A DNA stretch of 64,000 bases from an uncultured virus (IMG/VR IMGVR_UViG_3300037067_016575) (IMGVR_UViG_3300037067_016575), one strand, 5' to 3'; counted from the stretch's first letter, positions 54,662 through 64,000 are shown. Program-made: numbers and translations. The notes: a model not told the origin generated them from the sequence alone.

Positions 54662-55462
54662 TCAGAACATATCCGCAACATCGATCCGGTCTGCGATCTT
54701 GGAACTGGTTTTGACAGGTTTACCCTTTTCGGGTCTGCCGTCCGGATGGAGTTCTGGAACCTCTGACTCATCAGCAGCTTTTGCGCCGCCATCTAAGTAA
54801 TCGATTTCGTTCTCCATTACAACGTCAACCGTCGAGAACCGGTCTTTTTCTTCGTCCAGAATTTCCATGATCTCTTTTTGGAGCGGAAGGATCTGGTCTG
54901 CCATGATCATATTCCGCATCTCTTCGATCCGGTGGTCGATCTGAACGTCTTCCGTTACATTGACCGTTTTAAGCCGATCCAGCATCTTAAGAAGTGCTCC
55001 CCGTGTGCGGGAAGTCATCTTATCCCCGTTTTTCTCAATGGTCTCGGAGATCTTCTTGAGTACCTTCTCGTGGATCTGGGTCTGGATCTGGGAGAGCATC
55101 TCTTCCATGAGGTTTTCAGTCTGCAAACCCGACATGGAGAGTGGGATGAAATGGATATCTGCCTTTAACGTCGGGTCAATCGCTTGCATCGAGAGATGTG
55201 CGTCTTGTACGACCTTTTCAAGCTGACCTTTCCCGATATCGTTAGTGATCCTCATCGTGTAAAACTTGGCGCATGTTCCCACGGCCATGTTTACCTGTTG
55301 CCTTACCACCCCGATCTGATTGCGCTGCTCTTTCTGGAAATGATAATACAATTTTTTGGAGTTCTCAGACTCGTTGATCTCGGTCTTATCCGTGAAATTC
55401 GGACTTGACATCTTGAGTTCAACGACGTAGAGTTGTCCTTTTGCTGTTGTTACTGCTGCCAT
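54662..55462 (-). CDS. helical protein of the AAA operon, RF tag (DRFSTVDVV)
   Basis: GGTGAGGT SD; co-oriented with the DUF2997-like gene. Confidence 0.75.
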   Translation of the reverse strand: MAAVTTAKGQLYVVELKMSSPNFTDKTEINESENSKKLYYHFQKEQRNQIGVVRQQVNMAVGTCAKFYTMRITNDIGKGQLEKVVQDAHLSMQAIDPTLKADIHFIPLSMSGLQTENLMEEMLSQIQTQIHEKVLKKISETIEKNGDKMTSRTRGALLKMLDRLKTVNVTEDVQIDHRIEEMRNMIMADQILPLQKEIMEILDEEKDRFSTVDVVMENEIDYLDGGAKAADESEVPELHPDGRPEKGKPVKTSSKIADRIDVADMF

Positions 55463-55523
55463 AAGTTTACCTCACCGATACAAGATTGTTTGGCAAAGAA
55501 AAGAGTTTTGAATTTCGCCGACC

Positions 55524-55742
55524 TTACCGGTGGACGAAAACTTCTGATCCCTTCTCTTCGAGGTAGGGCGTGTGGGCTTCCGCCATGAGATCCTGTTCCT
55601 TGACATTGGACTTGATCCCGTTGGATTCGAGATGCTTTCGGAGCTGCGCAAGGACTTCCGTGCATTTTGCACTCTTGAATCCTTCTGCGTGAACTTCGAG
55701 TTCCCCGCCATTCGAGATCCGGTATGTAATATTTTCTGACAT
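55524..55742 (-). CDS. DUF2997-like small protein
   Basis: ITYRISNGGELEVHAEGFKSAKC.E....L pattern; position after the DUF1257-like gene. Confidence 0.7.
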   Translation of the reverse strand: MSENITYRISNGGELEVHAEGFKSAKCTEVLAQLRKHLESNGIKSNVKEQDLMAEAHTPYLEEKGSEVFVHR

Positions 55743-55744
55743 AG

Positions 55745-56143
55745 TTAGAACCTCGTTGCGGTAATCAGGATCTTACCGTCCTTGTCCTTTGTTACCTGCT
55801 GCGTGAATCCCTGCTTCGTGTTGAAGTCCTTGATGACCGCCGCCTGATACTGATCCTGTACCATGTTGGTCACCTTGGCGAATTCCTTGTTGCACTGCCA
55901 CGGGTCGCCCTGCATCTCGTAGCTCTTCTTGTCCTCGGACTTGATAAACCTGAGATTACCCTGTTTCTGGTAACCATCAATCGGGGGATAGTTGACCTTG
56001 ATCATGGTCTTGTCGGGATTCATGGAGTAAGTGAACTTGACTTTCTCCGTTGAAAGCTCTTTCTGCATTGCTTTGAGTGCGTCTTCCAGCATCTTTGCGC
56101 TGGTTAACTCGCACTTTGTTTTGAGTGTCGTTATATGTGACAT
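55745..56143 (-). CDS. DUF1257 (Ycf35)-like protein
   Basis: MSHITTLKT...L..AL..M..GD.W......Q.Y.......GF; start trimmed. Confidence 0.7.
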   Translation of the reverse strand: MSHITTLKTKCELTSAKMLEDALKAMQKELSTEKVKFTYSMNPDKTMIKVNYPPIDGYQKQGNLRFIKSEDKKSYEMQGDPWQCNKEFAKVTNMVQDQYQAAVIKDFNTKQGFTQQVTKDKDGKILITATRF

Positions 56144-56229
56144 TCTTGTGATACCTCGTAAATATTGGGTGTTCGGACTTCGATACTGGATACCAACTTC
56201 CGGAACGAACCGGGAAAGTGGTTTGGATG

Positions 56230-56523
56230 TCACCCGCAATAATGCACAGAAACCTTACTAGGATTGATTCCGTTGGCTTTTAAATGTGCGATCAGTGCTT
56301 GGTCGTTCCCGGAACAAATAACCTCGCCATTCGAGATTATTACGTCCGTACGGGGTGACGGGTCAACCGGAACCACACTCAAATCCTCATGCCCTAGTGC
56401 CGTAAGGTTTGCTCCCGGCATAAAGGCAAGGGAAAAAAGAGGGTTGTGGTTAACCATATCCTCCCGGTGCCGCTCAGTCAATATCGCCGAGATCGGCTTT
56501 GCTGATTTCATCTTTAACGTCAT
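56230..56523 (-). CDS. hypothetical protein overlapping the AAA gene end
   Basis: ORF track. Confidence 0.55.
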   Translation of the reverse strand: MTLKMKSAKPISAILTERHREDMVNHNPLFSLAFMPGANLTALGHEDLSVVPVDPSPRTDVIISNGEVICSGNDQALIAHLKANGINPSKVSVHYCG

Positions 56524-58276
56524 TTTCCGTTACCACGTCGATTGTGCTGGCCCGGGTTCCGATCTTCTCTTTTGATGATACGATCTTCTTTCGGGCTTCT
56601 TCATCGTCCGACGCATTGATCGCGTTCTCTTCCGCCCAACGGATCATTGCATCCAGAATGTCCTTCTTCTGAGTGGTGATCGGTGTTACATCCTTCATCG
56701 CCTTGACAATGTGATCCGTCGTCAGGGGTTTTGCCCCTTCGTCGAATGCGTTACCAAGTGCGTCCTGAATGGTGTTACGGATTTCACGACCTACAAACCC
56801 TTCGCTGGCATCGGCCAGCTTTTCAAGGTCGAAATCTTCTGGGTTACGCTTGACGGCCTTGATGTGGATACGGAAGATCTCGATCCGTTCCTTCCGAGTC
56901 GGAGCGTTCACGAAAAACATCTTTGGGAACCGGCTCATCAGTTCTGCCTTGAGGCTCGCGTGATCGTTGCACGTTGCTACGACAAAAACGCCTTTCGACT
57001 CTTCCATCTCCGTCAGGAACGACCCGAACAACCGGGCGGATTCCTCGTGCATTTCACCGTTCTGGCCGGCACCAAGTGCCTTTTCGATCTCATCAATCCA
57101 GAGGATACAGGGAGCCAGTGCCTTGGCGAGTTTCCACGTGTTCCTCATGTTGTTAGACGACTCGCCGTAATATTTACTGACGAGCTGGGACATGTCCAAC
57201 CGTAGGAGCGGAAGCCGGAGTTCGTTGCCGCACGCCTTCGCGACCAGTGATTTACCAGAGCCGGGAACACCGACCATGATAATACCACGGGGCGGGTCAA
57301 TACCGTATTCCCGAGCCTCCTTTCCGAAGTGCTTTGAGGCAGATCGGATGTACGCTTTCAGGGTGTTAAGTCCCCCAATAGACTCCGACGTTTCCTCCGG
57401 TTCCCAGTACTCAAGCTGACCGGACTTCTTGATGATCTGCTTTTTCTCGCTGATGATCGTCTTGATGTTCAGATCGCCGTTGATCAGACACTTGGCGAAC
57501 ACGTTCTCGCATTCTTCGAGCGTGAGACCCAGCGCCGCCGCTACTATCGCGTCCTTGTTGGCGTTTACCTGATCATTGAGAGTCTTCTTCTTCGCCAGTA
57601 GTTTGGTCAGCATCGCTTTCTGCGATTTTGCATTCTCGGGATCACTTGTTTCTTTGATGTTATCCTTCATCGTCTGTTCCTGATCGGACAGCCCTTTGAT
57701 CGCAGCGCATAAGATCGCCTCGATCTCGGACTTGTCCGGCAGTGGCACGTCGATGATGCTGATCACTTTCTGCAAATCGACTGGAATAGATACGACCGGT
57801 GAGACAAGGATGATGATTTTCCTCTGTCCTTTCAGAACCGGGACGATATCACGGAGTTTACGCTGTACCAACGGAACATCCTTCATGAATCCGTGGGTAT
57901 CCAGCATAATGAAAATGTTTCCAGCGGTTCGTACTTGTTTGTCGTCTGCTCCCTTGTACTGTTCTGTGAGCTTCTTGGAACGGACTGCCTCCATTGCGTC
58001 GAACAACGTAAGTATCGTAGGGGTGTCGTCGTTTTCCGTTGAGTTTTGATCGGTATTTGTCTGAACCCATGTCGTGTTTGTTACATCGATCATCCGATGA
58101 TCGACATTCCTGAAACCTGATGCACCGGAATAGATATACACGGTGCGGTGTTCATCTTTGGCGATATCCGCAATGATTTCTATGACACGAGATTCCTCAT
58201 GGGTTTCAATGGCAATAACCGGGTATCGAGCCCGGATGTGGGTTGATAATTCCTTTTTTAGTTCTGCAATTCCCAT
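56474..58276 (-). CDS. Ycf46-type AAA+ ATPase
   Basis: IRARYPVI.IETHEE.R N-terminus, degenerate first AAA domain, Walker A GVPGSGKS, Walker B LWIDEIEK, sensor ATCN, WA..NA..AS; tail TRASTIDVV. Confidence 0.9.
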   Translation of the reverse strand: MGIAELKKELSTHIRARYPVIAIETHEESRVIEIIADIAKDEHRTVYIYSGASGFRNVDHRMIDVTNTTWVQTNTDQNSTENDDTPTILTLFDAMEAVRSKKLTEQYKGADDKQVRTAGNIFIMLDTHGFMKDVPLVQRKLRDIVPVLKGQRKIIILVSPVVSIPVDLQKVISIIDVPLPDKSEIEAILCAAIKGLSDQEQTMKDNIKETSDPENAKSQKAMLTKLLAKKKTLNDQVNANKDAIVAAALGLTLEECENVFAKCLINGDLNIKTIISEKKQIIKKSGQLEYWEPEETSESIGGLNTLKAYIRSASKHFGKEAREYGIDPPRGIIMVGVPGSGKSLVAKACGNELRLPLLRLDMSQLVSKYYGESSNNMRNTWKLAKALAPCILWIDEIEKALGAGQNGEMHEESARLFGSFLTEMEESKGVFVVATCNDHASLKAELMSRFPKMFFVNAPTRKERIEIFRIHIKAVKRNPEDFDLEKLADASEGFVGREIRNTIQDALGNAFDEGAKPLTTDHIVKAMKDVTPITTQKKDILDAMIRWAEENAINASDDEEARKKIVSSKEKIGTRASTIDVVTENDVKDEISKADLGDID

Positions 58277-59090
58277 ATTTGGTTAACCTCCCTCCATAGT
58301 ATAGGGATATTCGGACTTCTATACTGAATGCCACATTTCCCGGAACACGAACCGGAAAAAAGGGTTATGCAAACATCTCATTTTTTTAACTTATTGTAAT
58401 ACTTTGTCCAAAATGCAAGTGCTTCATTCGGATCGTTCCATCGGTGTTGTTTTATCCATGCGTATGACATGCCTGCTGGGTGAGGGGGTATATCCCAAAC
58501 ACCTTTTTTAGATAACTCCCAATAACCCTGATATACCCCGTCTATTAGGTGTGGCACCCCCTTCCGGATTGCCCATCTATTTTTTCCGGATATACTTGCG
58601 GTTATTAAAGTTATTTGTTGAGATTCCGGTAGGTTTTCAGATAAAAGAGGAATGATTTTCCACAGCGTCATGTGTTCACCCGTAAATAAGTTTTGAAAAC
58701 AGCGCGTATTGGAGGATTTTGTCTGCAATCCCGGCATCGATGTTTCCTGCATCAAGAGTGTTCTTTCCGTTTACATTGATTAAAGATACCTCGTTAGGCT
58801 GTGATTTCATCCAATCTTTTAATCCTTGTATGAGTCCTCGTTTGGAGAGAGTCAACCGAATGTTTTCATCGTCCGGATAGAATAAAATCGTTCCACCGTT
58901 GTTTATTGCTGACGAGGCCCATTCTGATAGTGACATTCCTGTTGGTTTTTTGTCATTAGGGTGTTTGATAATTATATGACCTATCCAATAGTTTGATCCA
59001 CCCTCCAACATTGTACAGATAATGTTGTCGAAAAACTCATCGTCGAGTTCGACTTCAACTTCCATGAAAACTGATTCTTTGACCATAATT

Positions 59091-59573
59091 TTACCTCTTA
59101 AATATCATTGTGCTTTTTCCATTAATCCCCAGCACTTCACGTTCTGTACCTTGAATAATTCGCATTAACCGATCAATCCAATCGGAATATCTGTGGCAAT
59201 TTATTGTAAACCGTTTATCCCCAAGAATACAACAAGGCACTACGGCAAAGGGAATATTATTTATTTTGGCGTATTGAATTATTTCTACCGTTGCCTCGTC
59301 TGGATGCATTCCGACGATTAATGAACTGCTTTTTATTTTTTCTTCTTTTGTGAACCATTTGCGAATGAGTGTCACTTTCTTTAAAAATAGTTGCGAAACG
59401 TTCTGTAATCTCGGTTTTGGCTCGAAGACGGTAACCGAATACCCATACTGATACAAACATTTCGAGAGTTCAAGGTTTCCGTCGGCGATTACTAGAACAG
59501 TCGGATATTTTTCGGGGGGGTATTTATAATAAATGTTTTTTGAAAAAATTTCAAATCTCCTTGGATCTCCCAT
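59091..59573 (-). CDS. class I SAM-methyltransferase-like protein
   Basis: VLVIADGN..LS, VFEP, IVGMHPDEAT..I...A....PFAVVPCC. Confidence 0.6.
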   Translation of the reverse strand: MGDPRRFEIFSKNIYYKYPPEKYPTVLVIADGNLELSKCLYQYGYSVTVFEPKPRLQNVSQLFLKKVTLIRKWFTKEEKIKSSSLIVGMHPDEATVEIIQYAKINNIPFAVVPCCILGDKRFTINCHRYSDWIDRLMRIIQGTEREVLGINGKSTMIFKR

Positions 59574-60221
59574 AACATCTCCCCCAATATGTATATACAG
59601 ATCCCTTATTTCCCGGAGCGAACCGGAAAAAAGGTAAAAATTATCGGAAAATTTTATGCAGGATTTCGGATGAATCAAAATCGTCTCCATATTGAAGGGA
59701 TTTGTCCAGTTCCAAAAACTCCCTAATCGTTTCCGGGGATGTTGACTTTTTTATATTACAATACTTGATTAAATCCTGTAAACAGTCGTCACAGATATAC
59801 CCGAATTCCTCATTATATCTACGACATAGGATATGTTCACAGCCTTCTTTAGAACACGGCATTACACCCATAATTTACCTCGTAATGATTTCCTGATTTC
59901 CAATTTCCATTAGTTTTTCACGGAGATGGTCTTCTGATACCTGTACTGTTTTTGCTGCTGTTACGACCATCGTATCAACAAGCTGCCACGTTTTAATCTG
60001 CTCATCCGTCAGAAAGCTTTTGATCTGTTCCGTCGCCATATTCAACGTTGCCTTGTAGATCTCGTGAGCTCTCTCCGCTTCCATATGACGGCGCATTTCT
60101 GCGATGGTATCGTCTGATGACATCGTTTTTCACCTCTTTTTTTTGTATATCGCCGTTATACAGCGTATTCAACTGCTCCTCTGAAATACCCGTTCTCCGG
60201 AACGTGAACCGGAAAAATGGG

Positions 60222-60872
60222 TTAAAATGGTTTCATCCATTTTATTTTGTTGTTTGAGTTTTCCGGGGTAAAACTTGCCTTGTTAATGGGACTTGTCCAC
60301 CCGTTCTTTTTCAGCCATCGTTTAACATCTGCGAGTTTCGGATCTCGATCCGATTTTCCATCGATCTCAAAGAGCGAGTTATTTAAATATACTTCGAAAA
60401 ATAGTGATCCTTGCCGATCATCAATAGGTAACCGGAAGTACTCTTTGAACTGATCTGTTGATATATCCTGTTTAACCGTGGGGTCTTTCTTGAAATCGTA
60501 ATGAGTGATCGTCCCGATAAAACCTTTCTCGATCATTGCGAATACATTTTTTAGTGTATCCGGATCTTCGTGAGTGATTAATAAACACCCGATTTCACAA
60601 TAATCGTTTCGTGAAAATATTGTGTGGTTGATGAAATCGATCAGGACTAATCCGTATTCGTCTGGATCAATCTCATTAATGAGTTTTGACTTCGGCCATT
60701 CGTTTTCGGGTTTGGCATCATTAATGAACTTGTTCAACTCTTTGCCTTGCTCCAAGAAAGAAGGCTGCATGAAACTCCACGGGAGTATATTTGTCCATGT
60801 GCTCATCAGTACTTCTTTGATTGTTCCTTTTTTGTCTTTGTACCTAATACCTACGAAAATTCCTCCGCCCAT
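60222..60872 (-). CDS. paralog family A member 3
   Basis: MGGGIFVGIRYKD..WTN..PW..MQPSFL.QGKE; flanked on both sides by the long repeat. Confidence 0.8.
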   Translation of the reverse strand: MGGGIFVGIRYKDKKGTIKEVLMSTWTNILPWSFMQPSFLEQGKELNKFINDAKPENEWPKSKLINEIDPDEYGLVLIDFINHTIFSRNDYCEIGCLLITHEDPDTLKNVFAMIEKGFIGTITHYDFKKDPTVKQDISTDQFKEYFRLPIDDRQGSLFFEVYLNNSLFEIDGKSDRDPKLADVKRWLKKNGWTSPINKASFTPENSNNKIKWMKPF

Positions 60873-61389
60873 AGTTTCACCTCTGAAACTTGTATACCGT
60901 CGATATACGACGAATTCAACTGCTCCTCTAAAATACCCGTTCTCCGGAACCTGAACCGGAAAAAAGGTTAATGTTGAATCATTTCGATAGCTGGTGTCCC
61001 GGGCATTCGAAAATGATGATCTGTCATTTCGTGGCCGCATTCGGGGCAACGGAATGTTAGTTCAACTTGAGGATTGTTTGGATCTGACCAGATTTCGATT
61101 TTTGTTAAATTCATCATTACACCGGCATGCCCGGTTCCATGACAGTTACAATGGATCGTCATCTAATCATCTCCGTTTGTGCTTGTTGATGCAACGGATT
61201 TTATCCCCTTGATCCTGTACATCATTTGTGTTTTTCCGATTGTGTTCCCTTCAATTTCGACGGCTTGGTTATTTTCTGCCTTTGACATCTCATTGGCGAG
61301 TTTCCGAAGCTCTTTTGTTACCTGTTTCTGAGTTAATTTCTCAGAAAACAGTAGCATGATATCTGTACCCATCTGTTATCACACCGGGG

Positions 61390-62112
61390 TTAATGTTTGT
61401 GCACGTACTGAGGGGTCTGGACAGTGATTACAACGCCTTTAGGGATCTGGTCGCGATTGATATCTTCGCAGTTACCCCCTTCGGAGTCGCATTGCCAATA
61501 CGAACCTGCATACGTATAATACGTGTAAACATGAATATCTGCGTCCGGGTCGTCCAGAATATACCGGTCACCGTATTCATATCCCGTGTTGTAATCGTAT
61601 TCTCCATTCTCTAACACGTAATACTGGTTTTCGTTATACCGGTACTGAGGATAGAGAACATTCGCCCGTGGACTGTAAGGATACGTATCACAGTTATCCA
61701 CGGTGTAAATCGTGCCGTACCCTTCCTGCGTCCCGGTAACCTGACAGGTATACATTTCGTTGGGGTATTGATCTCGCCATGAGAAATAGTCCGGGAACAC
61801 GAGCACAACGTTATCCGTGGTTTGTACGGTGAATTCACGGTCAATCTGGTATGCGGAGTTATATTGTGCCGCGTGGGTCTCATAGACCGTATACGTGATG
61901 GTCGAGGGATACGTTGGGGTTGCTACTGCCGCTGCCGCTACGGTTCCCGCTGTTACATCGGTGTTTACCGGGGCTTTTATGAAGGTCATCCCGCCGCCAG
62001 TTGCTATTAGGTAGCACGCTGTTCCTACGATTAATAACCCTGCAATTACGACGCCTACGGCTACGATAACTGCAAGTTTTCCGCTTAAAGGGGTTGGTTG
62101 GTTTTCTGTCAT
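61390..62112 (-). CDS. membrane-anchored Tyr-rich protein
   Basis: N-terminal TM; similar layout to 8868-9437. Confidence 0.7.
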   Translation of the reverse strand: MTENQPTPLSGKLAVIVAVGVVIAGLLIVGTACYLIATGGGMTFIKAPVNTDVTAGTVAAAAVATPTYPSTITYTVYETHAAQYNSAYQIDREFTVQTTDNVVLVFPDYFSWRDQYPNEMYTCQVTGTQEGYGTIYTVDNCDTYPYSPRANVLYPQYRYNENQYYVLENGEYDYNTGYEYGDRYILDDPDADIHVYTYYTYAGSYWQCDSEGGNCEDINRDQIPKGVVITVQTPQYVHKH

Positions 62113-63086
62113 AGTATTTCCTCCGTGTTTTTGTTTTTAAAAGATATCTGCCACGAACAGGGCAGGTAATGCCGGGTTACCCCATCCACCATACGGGATA
62201 ATTATCCAGTCGAGACCGGAATATTCCGTATCTGCTACATCGTATGCTGCGCTTGCATTACCATACGTCGAGACATAAAAATACTTGTGTCTGTTAATCA
62301 CAATGTATTCCCGACCGAGATATGTCTTTTTTCGTTTATCTTTTGGAGTGATTGTATCCTGTTGGATTTTAATGTGTTTTTCGATTGATACGCCTTTTGC
62401 CATGTTCTCACTCCCTGATCTCTTTTTGTTCCTTCTCGATCAATGCTGCGAGTTCTGCCCTTGCATCTGCAAGATCTTTACGTGCTCCGTCAAGACGAGC
62501 GGCTTCCGTCTGGATGAGATCTACCCTCATGTTCGGGACAAGCCACATCAGAGAGTTTACCGCCCATCCTGCCATTTCTAACGAGGTTATCGGCACGGTT
62601 GCAGATCTTATTTTTCCCTCGTCTGCCGCATTATACATCTGGTTTTTGACTTCCGCCGCCTTGTCAATAAGGGACTTTTCGATCTCGTCTGCCAGATTTC
62701 GTATCGATGTCTCTTTAGATTTCACATACTGATCGTATGAGAAAATTTTGCCTTCCAACCTCTCCCTCGGGGTTAATTGAACCGGGGGAACTACCGGGAC
62801 TTTTGGTTTTATTGTCATGATATCACCTCGTGGTTTCCGGAATCAGATGCCCCTCGTCATCATAAGGGCAGTTTTCCAAGTCTGGTTCACCCGGGCAAAT
62901 ATCTCCTTTTCGCTCGGGGCATTTTAGACATAGACATTTCTTGCATTGTTTTTCCGTGCCGGGACATTTATTACAACCCATTGCCATGATTTTACCTCTG
63001 AAACTTGTATACCGTCGATATACGACGTATTCAACTACTTACCTGAAATGCCTCGTTCTCCGGAACGTGAACCGGAAAAAGGGTTA

Positions 63087-63773
63087 CTATTTATTACAGA
63101 AAATTGGTTTATATTCGGGAGGTTCCCCGGCATATGCAACACAAATTGCATTTTTTACTTTTTCTGGGAGCATTGCGTACCGATCTCTCCCCTGATTTTT
63201 TACGGCGTCACAATACATTTTATATCCCTCATCCCATGGGGCGGAGAAATGAGTTTGATGATCCCCCCAATGTACAAATTTCGGGCGGAATATATCAGAT
63301 CGGGATATCCATTTTTGAAGGAACGTTCCTTGTTCTGCCAGATAGTTGATACGCCCCGTTATTTCACCACACGAATCGCGGCAATCGTGATCCCCTACCC
63401 ATATTTTATGTGAGCCGACGGTTTCTACCCCCCCACTACACCCGGGCATATACCACGGGTCTTGAGAGACATATTCCGAAATGAGATCTGCCTGTTCTGG
63501 TGAATACTTGCTGAAACAGTAAACAAGAAGGTCTCTGAAATAATCTTCTTGCTTCTTCGGTTCCCATTCAAAATAGTAATTTCCCCCATTGACACTCCCC
63601 CCATTATAATAGGTGTCAAAGGTTAGCACAATCCCGTAGTTTTCGTGAAAAAATACGTAAAATGTGTCTTTAATATGATCGGGTTCTATTTTTACTTGAA
63701 ACGGTATTTCAAGGACTTTTTTAAACCCGAAATTCTCAATTTTTTTGATATAGTTTTCTACATTTTTCTCCAT
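63087..63773 (-). CDS. hypothetical protein flanked by long repeats
   Basis: GAGGTGA SD; ORF track. Confidence 0.75.
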   Translation of the reverse strand: MEKNVENYIKKIENFGFKKVLEIPFQVKIEPDHIKDTFYVFFHENYGIVLTFDTYYNGGSVNGGNYYFEWEPKKQEDYFRDLLVYCFSKYSPEQADLISEYVSQDPWYMPGCSGGVETVGSHKIWVGDHDCRDSCGEITGRINYLAEQGTFLQKWISRSDIFRPKFVHWGDHQTHFSAPWDEGYKMYCDAVKNQGRDRYAMLPEKVKNAICVAYAGEPPEYKPIFCNK

Positions 63774-64000
63774 GAGTTCACCTCGTTTTTTCGTATACCT
63801 TCGATATACGACGTGTTCAACCTCTCCTCTGAAACACCTCGTTCTCCGGAGCGCGAACCGGAAAAAAGGTTGGTTTTATTTTCCTCAATTATGGGATTTA
63901 GTACGTCTCAAACATGAGGTAGGGGCAACTTTCAGGCCCGTCAACCTCTGCATATACCCGCACTTTACGACCATCGGGAAGTTTTGCGAAGAGAACGTTG

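Larger units (their letters stand above)
37252..63871 (-). repeat. dispersed intergenic hairpin repeat, at least 16 copies
   Basis: Core (minus) TAACCTTTTTTCCGGTTCACGTTCCGG at about 37252, 38502, 43628, 49791, 50625, 51469, 51991, 52781, 53280, 56172, 58310, 59609, 60145, 60892, 63007, 63793. Confidence 0.92.

Noticed and set aside
37252..63871. Dispersed repeat as a CRISPR array
   Set aside because: Copies are separated by whole genes rather than 30-40-nt spacers, and no cas genes are present
754..63917. Numerous plus-strand ORFs in the six-frame track
   Set aside because: They are antisense shadows of tiled minus-strand genes, with no SD sites or recognisable motifs
1..64000. Stop-codon recoding
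   Set aside because: Genes tile well in the standard code, with TAA, TGA and TAG all used as stops; the few interruptions look like isolated lesions
1..64000. Identification as a Borg or a named virus
   Set aside because: No long perfect tandem-repeat arrays and no structural or replication hallmark genes here; classification needs the rest of the contig

Overview
A 64-kb, AT-rich segment that looks like part of a large archaeal virus or extrachromosomal element, probably of a methanogen (host assignment is inference). Nearly all real genes lie on the minus strand, are short and tightly packed, often overlap as ATGA, and have GAGGTGA/GGTG-type Shine-Dalgarno sites. The archaeal assignment rests on an intron-containing tRNA-Lys, an A1-U72 tRNA-Gln and a GINS subunit. 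No capsid, terminase or polymerase gene is visible in this window. Recognisable genes: two IS200/IS605-family tnpB elements plus a tnpB-less derivative, a Mesh1-like HD hydrolase, an M50 protease, a metallophosphoesterase, GINS, an RNA-ligase-like nucleotidyltransferase, an ART-like protein, a NrdG-like radical SAM protein, a methyltransferase-like protein, a tRNA cluster, and a Ycf46-type AAA+/DUF1257/DUF2997 operon. Four things stand out. (1) More than 30 otherwise unrelated proteins carry the same near-C-terminal peptide tag, (K/F/P)-N-R-F-(A/S/E)-x-(I/L)-(D/E)-(I/L/V)-(V/I), after a Lys/Pro-rich linker; degenerate copies also end the AAA+ ATPase and an operon partner, suggesting an undescribed tag-and-reader protein-sorting system. 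(2) At least 16 copies of a hairpin-forming intergenic element separate genes like cassette boundaries between 37 and 64 kb. (3) Several non-canonical tRNA-like and pseudoknotted ncRNA candidates sit among or apart from the real tRNAs. (4) One tnpB insertion has an empty site that can be reconstructed exactly.
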